A stretch of 42,498 nucleotides of DNA from a virus (Duplodnaviria; Caudoviricetes), in the IMG/VR virus record IMGVR_UViG_3300033405_000377, positions 1-42,498 of that record; one strand, written 5' to 3'. The notes under the pieces were generated by a model. The model had not been told where the DNA came from. It searched no databases and saw only the letters and a program-made list of their open reading frames with translations. The translations under genes were made by a program, and so were the position numbers. This document shows, one piece after another, positions 16,731 to 25,837 of this stretch (positions are counted from its first letter, which is position 1; every line of letters starts with the position of its first letter).

Positions 16731-18647
16731 TTATGATTTTGAAAATGTTATGGTGGCCGAACCGCTATTGCCTCCCGTTTTAATTGCTAAATCGACTATT
16801 GTAAGCTCCGTGTTTGCCGGTAAAGCAATATTGAGTAAACTGTCTTTGTCGTATGTATTTGAACCTATTTGCACAGAAATGTTTGTAGCATTCGACATTA
16901 TCGTAACAGCAGATATTTTCAAATCAACCGGATAGGAGAATATTTGAGATGACACGATACCGTTTGCATTAGTCTTATTAACTGCTAAAACAGGGGGTGT
17001 AGAAGCATTCTCTATTGCTGTATTGAGAGTTATTAAATCTGTATAGGAAGCAATTTGAGCTAACTTACCATTCCCGTCCCAGATGTAATTAATGCCGTTA
17101 CAGGTGTAGATGACACCTGAAACGGGGGCTTGCGGATTACTCCAGGTAAAAAGATGAAACGTTCTATCGCCCACCTGCGAAGTTGTTAAAATATTCGTGA
17201 AGATGGATGAAGTGGATGGATCATACCACAAATCCCCTAGATTCGTGGAATTGGGTTCGTCCGAAACAGACAAAAGGGCTACTCTATCAACCTTGCCGGC
17301 TAACCCGCTTGTGATATTTTGCTGTAATACAGCATCGGCATTTGCACGTGCGGTTGCTTCTGCTGTAAGATCAGTAGATGCTGCTTTTGTTGCTATCAAT
17401 GTGTTGATAGTTGTTGCAAATGCGGGATCATCGTTGATGGCATCAGCCAAAGCCTTCAGGGTATTCAGTGTTGCCGGCGCATTATTGATCAGAGCATTTA
17501 TTAAAGCTTGTGCAACTCCTGTATTTTCTTTCCCGTTTATCGATGCCTGTAAAGTATTCACAGCATTTACGATCTGCAATTGGATCGTATCATCAGATTG
17601 CTCTCGTTCTGATGTCTCATTGCTTAAATTCTGTTGCAATGCAGCATCAGCATTTGCGCGTGCAGTGGCTTCCGCTGTCAAATCTACGGAGTTAGCCTTT
17701 GTCCCGATTAGGTTTGTGATAGTAGTCGAGAAATTAGCATCATCCCCTAACGCATCAGCTAATGCCTTTAATGTCGTAAGAGCAGTGGGCGAATTATTAA
17801 TTAAATTCGTAATTAGTTGTTGTGCAACTCCGACATTTTCTTTCCCGTTAATAGCCGTTTGCAATGCAGTATCTGCATTAGCACGTGCTTGTGTTTCCGC
17901 TGTCAATGCGGTCGTGTCCATTACAGACCCCGAATCTTGCGTGCTTCCATCACTAAACGTTAAAATCAAATGTCCATTTGAATCAATAGCCGCCGTGAAA
18001 GCATTGTTGTCGGAATTTGTTATTTTAATGATAAAATTCAAGGCCACATTTGGCGGCATAATAGACACTGGAGTACCTTTTCCAAGTGTATCGGAATAAC
18101 CAGACGAATACGTACTTGTAGTCTGACTGGCCAAAGAATATTTACGCGTTGATGTAGTCTTATCGGGATTCGTCCATTCCGGAGCTCCAGCACCTCCATT
18201 ATTGAGGCCAATGCGTACCTGAAACGGAGCTAAATTATCAACCGTGAGAGCCACACTACTTGCACCTCCTGTTTTAGCGAGGGTGAATGTAGAGCCTACT
18301 TGCGTTACCGTATATCCTTCTGAAATCAGAGGGAGTGAAAAAGTTCCAGTCGTACTATCAACCCCCCACGGAGAGTTCAAACCTCCTAAAAAATTATATA
18401 GGTCAGCGTATGTTGTCATGTCCCATCCGGACGAACCATCACAGAGATGATAGCCATCAGGAATAACAGCCGACGGCCACGGTATTATTGATCCGGCAAC
18501 AGCACCATCACTTTTCCCCCGGACTTGATCAGACATCCACGATAAGGCATTTTGCATCCAGGTTCCGATACGTGTGGCTGTGTTGGCCCCAGTAGTTGTT
18601 TCATTTGCTATTTGGTCAGCTTCCGTTTTTAGCGTAGTATAGTCCAT
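16731..18647 (-). CDS. Tail fibre protein with phage tail collar domain
   Basis: GSIIPWPSAVIPDGYHLCDGS...IMPPNVALNFIIK (collar domain). Two [AS]PxxLxTLKALADAxxDDxxFxTTI fibre repeats 104 aa (312 bp) apart. Confidence 0.88.
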   Translation of the reverse strand: MDYTTLKTEADQIANETTTGANTATRIGTWMQNALSWMSDQVRGKSDGAVAGSIIPWPSAVIPDGYHLCDGSSGWDMTTYADLYNFLGGLNSPWGVDSTTGTFSLPLISEGYTVTQVGSTFTLAKTGGASSVALTVDNLAPFQVRIGLNNGGAGAPEWTNPDKTTSTRKYSLASQTTSTYSSGYSDTLGKGTPVSIMPPNVALNFIIKITNSDNNAFTAAIDSNGHLILTFSDGSTQDSGSVMDTTALTAETQARANADTALQTAINGKENVGVAQQLITNLINNSPTALTTLKALADALGDDANFSTTITNLIGTKANSVDLTAEATARANADAALQQNLSNETSEREQSDDTIQLQIVNAVNTLQASINGKENTGVAQALINALINNAPATLNTLKALADAINDDPAFATTINTLIATKAASTDLTAEATARANADAVLQQNITSGLAGKVDRVALLSVSDEPNSTNLGDLWYDPSTSSIFTNILTTSQVGDRTFHLFTWSNPQAPVSGVIYTCNGINYIWDGNGKLAQIASYTDLITLNTAIENASTPPVLAVNKTNANGIVSSQIFSYPVDLKISAVTIMSNATNISVQIGSNTYDKDSLLNIALPANTELTIVDLAIKTGGNSGSATITFSKS

Positions 18648-18663
18648 TGCTGTTATTTTTGAA

Positions 18664-18699
18664 CAAATTTAGATAGTTGTGGAATTTGGAAAAAAGACA
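18664..18699 (-). promoter_or_regulatory. Putative late promoter copy 2 (fibre/lysis operon)
   Basis: TGTCTTTTTT...TAAATTTG with a 27-nt offset (18698 to 18671). Confidence 0.7.
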
Positions 18700-18702
18700 A
18701 GA

Positions 18703-19113
18703 TTATTTTCCCCCGATAATGCGATGCATCATAACGGCAAATTCTTCACCATCCAAATCACTCATTTTTTGAACTAGTTTATGTATGCTCCCAAAATACT
18801 TTGGCGACAGCCATGGTTTGGGTTTTCGCTTTGGCGTAAACCCGATATCGCCATGGTTACCATGAAAAAAACCTTTCCCTACACCGGCATCAACATACAC
18901 ACCATAGTAATTGAAAAAATGGCGAATTTTAGCAATGTCTCCGCCGCTTTGCTTTATCAATTCCTGATTGAGTGAATGATAAAGCGCACCCGTATTATGA
19001 GGCCCGATAAGCATCAAAATTTTTTCCTGCCAAATCCTGACCATCATTTCAGACCAAGCTTGTAAATAAGCTTCACGAGCTTCATTGACCGATGCACCAT
19101 TCGTTTGCGTCAT
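18703..19113 (-). CDS. Putative neck / tail-completion protein
   Basis: HNTGALYHSL...YGVYVDAGVG...RKPKPWL resembles HK97 gp10-like virion morphogenesis proteins; positional support. Confidence 0.55.
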   Translation of the reverse strand: MTQTNGASVNEAREAYLQAWSEMMVRIWQEKILMLIGPHNTGALYHSLNQELIKQSGGDIAKIRHFFNYYGVYVDAGVGKGFFHGNHGDIGFTPKRKPKPWLSPKYFGSIHKLVQKMSDLDGEEFAVMMHRIIGGK

Positions 19114-19579
19114 ATTGTAAATCTTTCGGTTGGTCGACTGTGATAATGAAGTATAAGCCGCCGGCTCCATTAAAGGCATATCCGGGTATCTCATAGTATG
19201 GCATGCGGTCAAGATGAAGAAATGCCATATTATTAGCTAACGCCACTCTATCTTTCAGTAGCTTGCTTTCTATTGAACGATAAATTCCGCGTGTTTCTTC
19301 CATTACAGCATGTTGCGCATCCATATCGTTGTATTTATATTTCTTGATCAAAAAAACAACGTATTGGCGACGGTCAAAGAAACCACCACCTTCGCCCCTT
19401 ATTGTCATGCCGTCATTAGTATCATCTACGGTGAAAAAAGCCGTTTCGCTTTTGAAGTTTTGCAGCAATTCTTCCATGTAAGGCAAGCCGGTACTGCGGG
19501 TGAACTTGTAAACCCCGGCGGTGGCATAGAGTGAATTGCAGATGTTTTGAAAATAATCGTAAGCCTCAAACATAATCAT
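19082..19579 (-). CDS. Hypothetical virion protein (tail-terminator position)
   Basis: Coupled ORF in the neck cluster. Confidence 0.6.
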   Translation of the reverse strand: MIMFEAYDYFQNICNSLYATAGVYKFTRSTGLPYMEELLQNFKSETAFFTVDDTNDGMTIRGEGGGFFDRRQYVVFLIKKYKYNDMDAQHAVMEETRGIYRSIESKLLKDRVALANNMAFLHLDRMPYYEIPGYAFNGAGGLYFIITVDQPKDLQYDANEWCIGQ

Positions 19580-20349
19580 GTATTTTTAGACATTAAAGCT
19601 TCCATCTCTTTCGCTTCGCGAGCTTTTGCGTCAAGCTCAGCGAGTGCCTGCCAAGTTTCTGTATCTTGGACTGCCTGTAATTTTGTAATGTCACCTCCAT
19701 GAAGAGCACGCAACATACCGTTGATCTGTTCCCGCATGTTGATCGATGGGCGCCCATGGGGAGCCGGTATGCGGTCAAAGAAATTAGGAAACTGTATGGA
19801 GAAAACATCTTTCAGTCCAGTAAACCACATAAATACAGTATATAACACATGAGGGGATGTTTTTTTGAACCGAACAGCCCTTTTCGCAGTTTCATTATCC
19901 GAAAATGCACGGCTGCCGTTGTAAAAACAAGCAGCCAAACAACGCAAAAAATGTTCATCTTGCGTATGAATAAACGCCTGATAATAATTTTCACATGCCA
20001 AATATTGACGAAATGGAGTGCTGCGTAAACGAGAATCAACATGTTTACGTCGCGCTATTTTAGTTAACGGCGTGATTTCTTTAATGCTGTCAGTCAAAAA
20101 ATCAAGATGCTTTAAAAAATCAGTTACCTCCCAATCTGCCAACAAGAATGTACCAACCTTTTTTTTGCGACACACCCATGTTCCGGCAATAGTTGTTCTA
20201 TCAACAGATATACCGGAGAATCGGCAAAAGCATTTTACACGTAATTCAGCTTCCGAGTTTCCGGATGAAAATAGAAAGCTGTAGAAAAGCAATTGTTTTT
20301 CATTCATTGCTTTCCAGTTTGCAGGCAGAAGTAGGTTGATTGTTTTCAC
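19576..20349 (-). CDS. Hypothetical phage protein, possibly tail assembly chaperone
   Basis: Coupled ORF. The C-terminal LHGGDITKLQAV...WQALAELD helical motif is chaperone-like (weak inference). Confidence 0.55.
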   Translation of the reverse strand: MKTINLLLPANWKAMNEKQLLFYSFLFSSGNSEAELRVKCFCRFSGISVDRTTIAGTWVCRKKKVGTFLLADWEVTDFLKHLDFLTDSIKEITPLTKIARRKHVDSRLRSTPFRQYLACENYYQAFIHTQDEHFLRCLAACFYNGSRAFSDNETAKRAVRFKKTSPHVLYTVFMWFTGLKDVFSIQFPNFFDRIPAPHGRPSINMREQINGMLRALHGGDITKLQAVQDTETWQALAELDAKAREAKEMEALMSKNT

Positions 20350-21176
20350 GCGAAGAAGAATGTATTGTCGTTTGGTTGATTAGTATATTTTTCTTCAATT
20401 TTTATGGCATATACAGCCGACTGCGCATACGCAGGAAAATTGGGTAAACTAGCTTCCATATAGTTGGCTAAATTTATCAATTGCTTTTCCGCCTGTGCAT
20501 TCAAACCGGACAATAGCATACAGATGGCAACTTGAACACGTCTTAATACCTCACGATCAGCATCGGAGAGCGTTCTTCCGCGACGGTTAGAGATTAGTAT
20601 GGCCATATATTCAGGACTGATAGTATCTGAAATTATATCGTTTTGAAAAGCGATTACCTGTGGTAGTTTTTCTGAAAAAGTTTGCCAGTCAACAGTAGGC
20701 ATGAACGCATAGATTTGCATGTCAGCCGGCTTCCAAAAAACAGTTTCGGTCATTTGATTGAATGAAGTGACATCGCTCCATGCAACTATTAAATCGTTAT
20801 CCGATTCTATAATAGACATCAAAGCACTGATAATTACACCAACGCGTTGCAATGTTGTCTGCAATAATCGATCGACGCGTGCCTGACTCGCAGGTACCTG
20901 ATTGGTATTTTGAACAGCAGCAAATCCATTAGGAGTTTGAATCAAGTCCACAAAAGGAATAGCTAATGAATAGGCTTTATAAGCGAGTAGTGATGTTAAA
21001 ATGCTCAATTCTTGTGTATTTGATCTTCCAGATAGCATTTCAAATAAAGTATCTCCCAAAAAAGAATTTTGCACCCAATATTCAGCATCTTGCATAAACG
21101 GGGATATTACCGACCAGTCTGAACCTTCTGCAGTCGGAATATATTCCAAGAAAACATCAATATTATCAATTATCAT
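20346..21176 (-). CDS. Putative head-tail adaptor (DUF6712-like)
   Basis: Immediately downstream of the portal; AIPFVDLIQTPNGFAAV...VPAS motif. Confidence 0.6.
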   Translation of the reverse strand: MIIDNIDVFLEYIPTAEGSDWSVISPFMQDAEYWVQNSFLGDTLFEMLSGRSNTQELSILTSLLAYKAYSLAIPFVDLIQTPNGFAAVQNTNQVPASQARVDRLLQTTLQRVGVIISALMSIIESDNDLIVAWSDVTSFNQMTETVFWKPADMQIYAFMPTVDWQTFSEKLPQVIAFQNDIISDTISPEYMAILISNRRGRTLSDADREVLRRVQVAICMLLSGLNAQAEKQLINLANYMEASLPNFPAYAQSAVYAIKIEEKYTNQPNDNTFFFA

Positions 21177-21177
21177 T

Positions 21178-22617
21178 TCAAGAAGGATTAGTAGGTTGTT
21201 GTGTTTGTTGCTGTTGTTGCATGGCAGCTCCGGCAGCCATATTGTTCATAGTGTTTGGTTGAGAATCATTGCCTGTGTCAAGTGATGTAAGCGTGATAAT
21301 AGGAATGTCAAATACTACATCATCCCAGCCGTTGAAGTCGGCAATAATATTGTAAGGCTCCAGCAAAATATCATGATATGGTTTTTCCATTGATTGCTTC
21401 ATGGTGAACAATTCTCGTTTATCTGTTCCCGAAAAACCACCTTTGGACTTTCCTGGTGTGGCACCCACCAGATCGGGATGTACGTTGTCGGCATAGCACA
21501 TAATGTTCGATGCCTCCTCGCTATCTTCTAACCAGTCACCGCCTTCTTTGCCGGTATCAACAGCGGTTATCCTAATCATCTGGACTTCTTTTCCTTGAGT
21601 ATTAGTGTAAAATCCGCTAATCCACATTTTATTACTGTTCTCTATGCCGGTAATGAAATCACGAATGTTTTGTTTCTCTAATTTAATCCGGGCATCACGT
21701 TTTTTTGGATCGGTTATTTTTTCTTCAGCAAGCAGAGAATTCCAATAATCGCGGGAGATTTCCACATGATATTTTATAGAAGCATGATGGCGTAGCTTTG
21801 CCTCTTTCCCGGTAGCTATAAGACGGTGAGAGTTGTACCACCCTGAACGAAATACGCTGAAATATGGAGGAATAGGGTAGTATTTGTTTCCAACGGTGGG
21901 AAAATAGTTCAGAATGGCGAATTTCCGTTTCCCTGAATCCTTTTTAGTTCCGTTTGTGTTTGGAGCACGGCCAACCCTGATTTCTAGGTCCCCAATAGGA
22001 TCACTAATATCAAGTAAATCAATAACTTCAACATTTTCTAACAAAGGGGCTTTATATTCCCAATTGGCATAGAAAACATGTTCAATTTCGCCTGTTTTTG
22101 GATTACATGTCTCAAAACGGATATAACAGGACTCTTTATGCACCAAATTGGTGATTTTAGAACCATCCTTCGAGAGAATAATAACCGATATCGTGAATAA
22201 AAAGTGTTTCATGTCACTACTTTGCTCTAGCAAGTAACGTGCTGGTCGGTTATGACGAAAGAAATTTTTCACTTCCGGATTATCAATTTTCTCTCCTTTA
22301 GAGTTCAAATAAGTCAATCCACTACCATAACAAGTTAATGTGTTGAATTGCTTGTTTTGCGACATTATTTCCGATTGACGAACCAAATTCATTACATCAT
22401 ACGGCATTTGATTGTTGACACCCCACGGCACATATCCAAGATATTTCTGGTTCATGTCGCCCGGAATGGGTATAGGACGCAAAAGTCCATTGTCAAAGAT
22501 TGAGCCGGCATCTTCGACGGAACTCATTAGCATAGCCGTTTTCCCATCGTCAAGCATAACAACTTCATGCACGTCATAATTCCCAAATTCTGTAGGGGAT
22601 GGAGTTTCTTTTTTCAT
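21178..22617 (-). CDS. Phage portal protein
   Basis: YVPWGVNNQMP, YYPIPPY and VHPDLVG...SGTDKRE motifs of Bacteroidota phage portals; 479 aa. Confidence 0.8.
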   Translation of the reverse strand: MKKETPSPTEFGNYDVHEVVMLDDGKTAMLMSSVEDAGSIFDNGLLRPIPIPGDMNQKYLGYVPWGVNNQMPYDVMNLVRQSEIMSQNKQFNTLTCYGSGLTYLNSKGEKIDNPEVKNFFRHNRPARYLLEQSSDMKHFLFTISVIILSKDGSKITNLVHKESCYIRFETCNPKTGEIEHVFYANWEYKAPLLENVEVIDLLDISDPIGDLEIRVGRAPNTNGTKKDSGKRKFAILNYFPTVGNKYYPIPPYFSVFRSGWYNSHRLIATGKEAKLRHHASIKYHVEISRDYWNSLLAEEKITDPKKRDARIKLEKQNIRDFITGIENSNKMWISGFYTNTQGKEVQMIRITAVDTGKEGGDWLEDSEEASNIMCYADNVHPDLVGATPGKSKGGFSGTDKRELFTMKQSMEKPYHDILLEPYNIIADFNGWDDVVFDIPIITLTSLDTGNDSQPNTMNNMAAGAAMQQQQQTQQPTNPS

Positions 22618-22847
22618 AAAAATACTTCCTGGTTGTTGATTTCAAAAATACAAACGGCTTTAATCTTTCGGATTACGCCGCTTGTGTTGAATTTTATATT
22701 GAAACTATTTCCTTTGAAAAAGCTAGATGTCATCACTACGTTGTTGCACACCATTATATCACCTTTTGAAGTCCAGCATTTCAAATTTACCGGCTCTTTT
22801 GAATTGAGCAGCTTACGCGCATCATTGATATGTATTAGCTTAGCCAT
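22614..22847 (-). CDS. Small hypothetical protein upstream of portal
   Basis: Coupled to neighbours on both sides. Confidence 0.7.
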   Translation of the reverse strand: MAKLIHINDARKLLNSKEPVNLKCWTSKGDIMVCNNVVMTSSFFKGNSFNIKFNTSGVIRKIKAVCIFEINNQEVFL

Positions 22848-23911
22848 TAGTTAAATGTTGAATCAAACGTATCATCAAAAATTCGATTGCCAAGAGTGGA
22901 TGATGCCGCTGATTTGTATTTTAAAATATTATTGTTTTCTTGAGCATACCGCCAGGTGAAAGATATGGACGGAAGTTCGGTAGCGATAGAACTACGTTTC
23001 ACCGTCGGATCAATGACTGTGATTTGTTTACCTACTCCGGAAGAATCATAGAGATAAACAGATTTTGACATGAATATATCTTCTACCCATGCTGCTTCTG
23101 CCTGTGATTGTATGCCTATATTGGAAGTGAATGTCTTCACTAAAAGAGTGTAGTATTTTATGTACTGTCCTTCATTCGTGCAGAACTGGCTGCCGTCGTA
23201 TTTGTTTTCCTGATCTAGCAGACCCATGCATGTTAAGGTCTCTTTTACACCAAAACAATTGATAAAAACAAATGATGGTGTTCCGGCACATGAAATATTA
23301 TCGACAATAAATGTTTGAGAACGTGCCCCGGCTGTAACAGTATATTGTTCTAATGTCTGATATGAATTTGCGAAACAAGATGGAGAGACATCGACGGTGA
23401 CAATACCATCAGATATATTTATTGTTTTACCTATAATAGTGGTTGTGGTTATGACTCCATTTTGAGAGTAAGTTGCAGTAGTGGTTATGTCTGTGGCTGT
23501 ATTTACTTTTAGGGAAAGATATTCCTTCCTGTCAAGACTTGTTGTCTTTGCGCCCTGCAAACTCGTCAAGAAACAATGGGCAATAAAGATGTTAGCCCCT
23601 ACATTAACTTCAATGGTACCGTATTGTACTGTGAAGTCAAAATTGAAACTACTACCGGCATTGTCAGTGATAGCCAGGTTGTAGGTGCCCACTAAGGCAG
23701 TCATATCAATAACACCTTCAATTACTTTCCCCAAATCACGGATATACACGTAATTATCAAGGTCAGGAACGTATGTTTCTGCCAAAATAATTGTACCGGT
23801 AGTTTTATCCGTTAGAGTAACAGATACATCGGCTGTGGTAGTGAGCACAGTATCGGCAAGCGTGCTACTAAAACTATAAGAAACGGGTTGTTGTACGATT
23901 GAAATAGCCAC
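22847..23911 (-). CDS. Hypothetical virion structural protein (GTG start)
   Basis: 354 aa, beta-rich, FINCFGVKET motif, C-terminal RIFDDTFDSTFN; first gene after promoter copy 3. Confidence 0.7.
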   Translation of the reverse strand: MAISIVQQPVSYSFSSTLADTVLTTTADVSVTLTDKTTGTIILAETYVPDLDNYVYIRDLGKVIEGVIDMTALVGTYNLAITDNAGSSFNFDFTVQYGTIEVNVGANIFIAHCFLTSLQGAKTTSLDRKEYLSLKVNTATDITTTATYSQNGVITTTTIIGKTINISDGIVTVDVSPSCFANSYQTLEQYTVTAGARSQTFIVDNISCAGTPSFVFINCFGVKETLTCMGLLDQENKYDGSQFCTNEGQYIKYYTLLVKTFTSNIGIQSQAEAAWVEDIFMSKSVYLYDSSGVGKQITVIDPTVKRSSIATELPSISFTWRYAQENNNILKYKSAASSTLGNRIFDDTFDSTFN

Positions 23912-23917
23912 AAAAAA

Positions 23918-23975
23918 GCCTCCTATATTATCTTTTGTACAAAGATGATATAGGAGGCGGAAGGGAAAAAAGACA
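23918..23975 (-). promoter_or_regulatory. Putative late promoter copy 3 embedded in an 18-bp hairpin
   Basis: TGTCTTTTTT...CATCTTTG with a 27-nt offset (23974 to 23947). IR 23918-23935 / 23941-23958 matches at 17 of 18 positions. Confidence 0.7.
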
Positions 23976-23988
23976 GGGGAAAGAAGTA

Positions 23989-24019
23989 TTCAGTTACCAT
24001 GCTCAGCACGGTAACTGAA
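23989..24019. terminator. Hairpin after the KilA-N gene
   Basis: TTCAGTTACC...GGTAACTGAA. Confidence 0.55.
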
Positions 24020-24024
24020 TTTGA

Positions 24025-24579
24025 CTAATCTTCATCTTCATCTTCTTTGAACAGACTACCCATCTCGGCAATGCTTTCTTTAGTGAGCGACTGCCGAACT
24101 ATCTTTTCGCGGCGTAGTTCCCGTTCAATGATAAGGTATCGTTCAAAGTCTTCTACCGTTTTGTTTGGTTTATCCCGAAGTTTGTCCATTTCGGTTCTCA
24201 GGTTAAGCGACCGCTTCAGCGAGCTTTCACGTTCCACGTGTTTTCCGAACAAAAGTTTTTCGATAGTGGAGTAAACCCAAAGTTCAAAAGCAGGCGATAA
24301 CCATGCGGCAAATTTCAGAGCTAAAACGCGGTGCATAAAAGTGCCGGATTTTTGACGAGAAGTTATCAAATCTTCTTCGTTTTCTATTCCTAAAAACCCC
24401 ATATTTGGGTTTTTTAGACACTCCGAGATAAATAATTTAGTTCCATCATTTCTTGTAAAATGCTCAACTGTCTCGTTAAATACTTTTGCCATTTCGGTGG
24501 CGTTGATCATCATACCGTTCTCTTTTGACAATAAAAATGTAATGTTGTTGTCCTCAAAAATACAAATTTTTGTTTCCAT
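24025..24579 (-). CDS. KilA-N domain DNA-binding protein (antirepressor-like)
   Basis: MMINATEMAKVF...GTFMHRVLALKFAAWLSPAFELWV. Confidence 0.9.
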   Translation of the reverse strand: METKICIFEDNNITFLLSKENGMMINATEMAKVFNETVEHFTRNDGTKLFISECLKNPNMGFLGIENEEDLITSRQKSGTFMHRVLALKFAAWLSPAFELWVYSTIEKLLFGKHVERESSLKRSLNLRTEMDKLRDKPNKTVEDFERYLIIERELRREKIVRQSLTKESIAEMGSLFKEDEDED

Positions 24580-24722
24580 ACTCGCGTTATTTTGTTAGGT
24601 TAAAAATTAAATACGCTACAAATATAATGCAAATATCTGACTATCAAATAGTTAACGCAATTATTTATGAATATTTAGCAATTAAAAATAACAAAAGCCC
24701 CAAATAGGAGCTTTTGTTGTAA

Positions 24723-24977
24723 TTATTCGTTTAGCATGTTTGGTATTTCCTCTCGTTTCATAAGCCATACGGGTTCTGAATCTTCAAAGCCGATAAAATA
24801 ATCACGTTTCACCAAGAAAAACGAAATTTCTTCGACTGAAAAAGCACCCATGCCTGCTAAATCCTGGCAGATGGTTTCGCTCGACTTACGTATCGATGCA
24901 TCAGCCTCTGTGGCCGGAACAAACTCACCGCAATAACGGGAAAGTATTACTATTTTCCATGCTTCTATTTCGTGCAT
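24723..24977 (-). CDS. Hypothetical protein
   Basis: Third gene of the operon behind the c4-like leader. Confidence 0.65.
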   Translation of the reverse strand: MHEIEAWKIVILSRYCGEFVPATEADASIRKSSETICQDLAGMGAFSVEEISFFLVKRDYFIGFEDSEPVWLMKREEIPNMLNE

Positions 24978-25243
24978 AAATTTACTCCTTTCGGTATATA
25001 ATTAGGATTAAATGATTCTACTAAGTCCATCAACTGCAATAACGACCGGGCCATCTCCAGAATTCGTTTAGGTTCACGATCGTCATCGATTTCAATTCCC
25101 ATTACGACAAACTCCATAATATCCATGATGTCTTTACGATATGCATCAATCATTGAGTAGTCATCTTCTTGAAATCCTTGAAATTGCATAAACATATAAG
25201 GCCCGATAGTGGCGCCATTGACTTTTACAGGTTCGTTCATCAC
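24965..25243 (-). CDS. Hypothetical protein
   Basis: Coupled ORF. Confidence 0.65.
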   Translation of the reverse strand: MMNEPVKVNGATIGPYMFMQFQGFQEDDYSMIDAYRKDIMDIMEFVVMGIEIDDDREPKRILEMARSLLQLMDLVESFNPNYIPKGVNLCTK

Positions 25244-25608
25244 AGACCTCCTTTCTCACTCACTGTTACAGTGATGGTCGTTTCCGGTGTAACATTAAAC
25301 ACAAAGGTATTGGTATTCCCTTTTGTGTAATGAGAGCATTCGCATTCTTGAATGTCATGTTCAAACATAAGTGACGCAATTTGAGAGCTACAGAAATTAA
25401 AAAACCGTTGTATGCGATACAGGTTTAGTATTCCTGTTGTTTTCGGAAGGTCGGAAGTAATGCCAGGAGTGTCTTCTTGCATTACGCGCCTGTGTTTACG
25501 GTCGTGCGTTAATGTTCTGACAACGACAGGGACTTGTTTTTGTCGCTTAGCGACAAACGTGCGAGGAGCCTTTGGGGCACTTGCTGCTTGTGTGAAATTT
25601 GAATTCAT
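25240..25608 (-). CDS. Hypothetical protein, first gene behind the c4-like leader
   Basis: Its ATG overlaps the stop of a 6-aa upstream micro-ORF; ends with EKGGL, coupled to the next gene. Confidence 0.65.
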   Translation of the reverse strand: MNSNFTQAASAPKAPRTFVAKRQKQVPVVVRTLTHDRKHRRVMQEDTPGITSDLPKTTGILNLYRIQRFFNFCSSQIASLMFEHDIQECECSHYTKGNTNTFVFNVTPETTITVTVSEKGGL

Positions 25609-25642
25609 AATAGTGGTTTCAGCAAAATAAAAGAGCTATTTA

Positions 25643-25730
25643 AAATGGTAGCGGTGCTCATTTTCCGCTGCTGAAACCACCAAAGGGCGAGATGTCGGGC
25701 TAACCGACTCGAAAAATGGCACCGCCATTT
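25643..25730 (-). ncRNA. Candidate c4/CI-like structured antisense RNA
   Basis: Closing stem AAAUGG-CGGUGC-CAUUUUUC / GGAAAAUG-GCACCG-CCAUUU, inner hairpin UCGG/CCGA, and an exposed GCCCUUUGGUGGUUUCAGC complementary to two flanking sites. Confidence 0.55.
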
Positions 25731-25801
25731 AGTATTTAAAATAAAAAAACCACCTTATCTTGCGTGGGTGGGCTTATAGCCCTTTAATAGTTTCAGCGAT
25801 G

Positions 25802-25809
25802 CAAAGATA
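25802..25809 (-). promoter_or_regulatory. -7 box of the c4-like leader promoter
   Basis: TATCTTTG; lies within an 18-bp IR (about 25744-25761 / 25804-25821). Confidence 0.65.
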
Positions 25810-25837
25810 AGGTGGTTTTTTAGAAAATGCAAATATT

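Noticed and set aside
17197-18099. 300-aa plus-strand ORF and the other long plus-strand ORFs inside phage genes
   Set aside because: They lie antisense to well-supported genes, have no recognisable motifs, and are explained by codon bias.
14705-18647. Possible diversity-generating retroelement or shufflon acting on tail genes
   Set aside because: No reverse transcriptase, no adenine-specific TR/VR pair and no invertase or repeated crossover sites seen. The fibre duplication differs at all base types. The unseen right part of the prophage cannot be excluded.
21190-21240. Poly-Gln/Ala tail of the portal protein
   Set aside because: Short low-complexity tail with mixed codons; no sign of a functional repeat.
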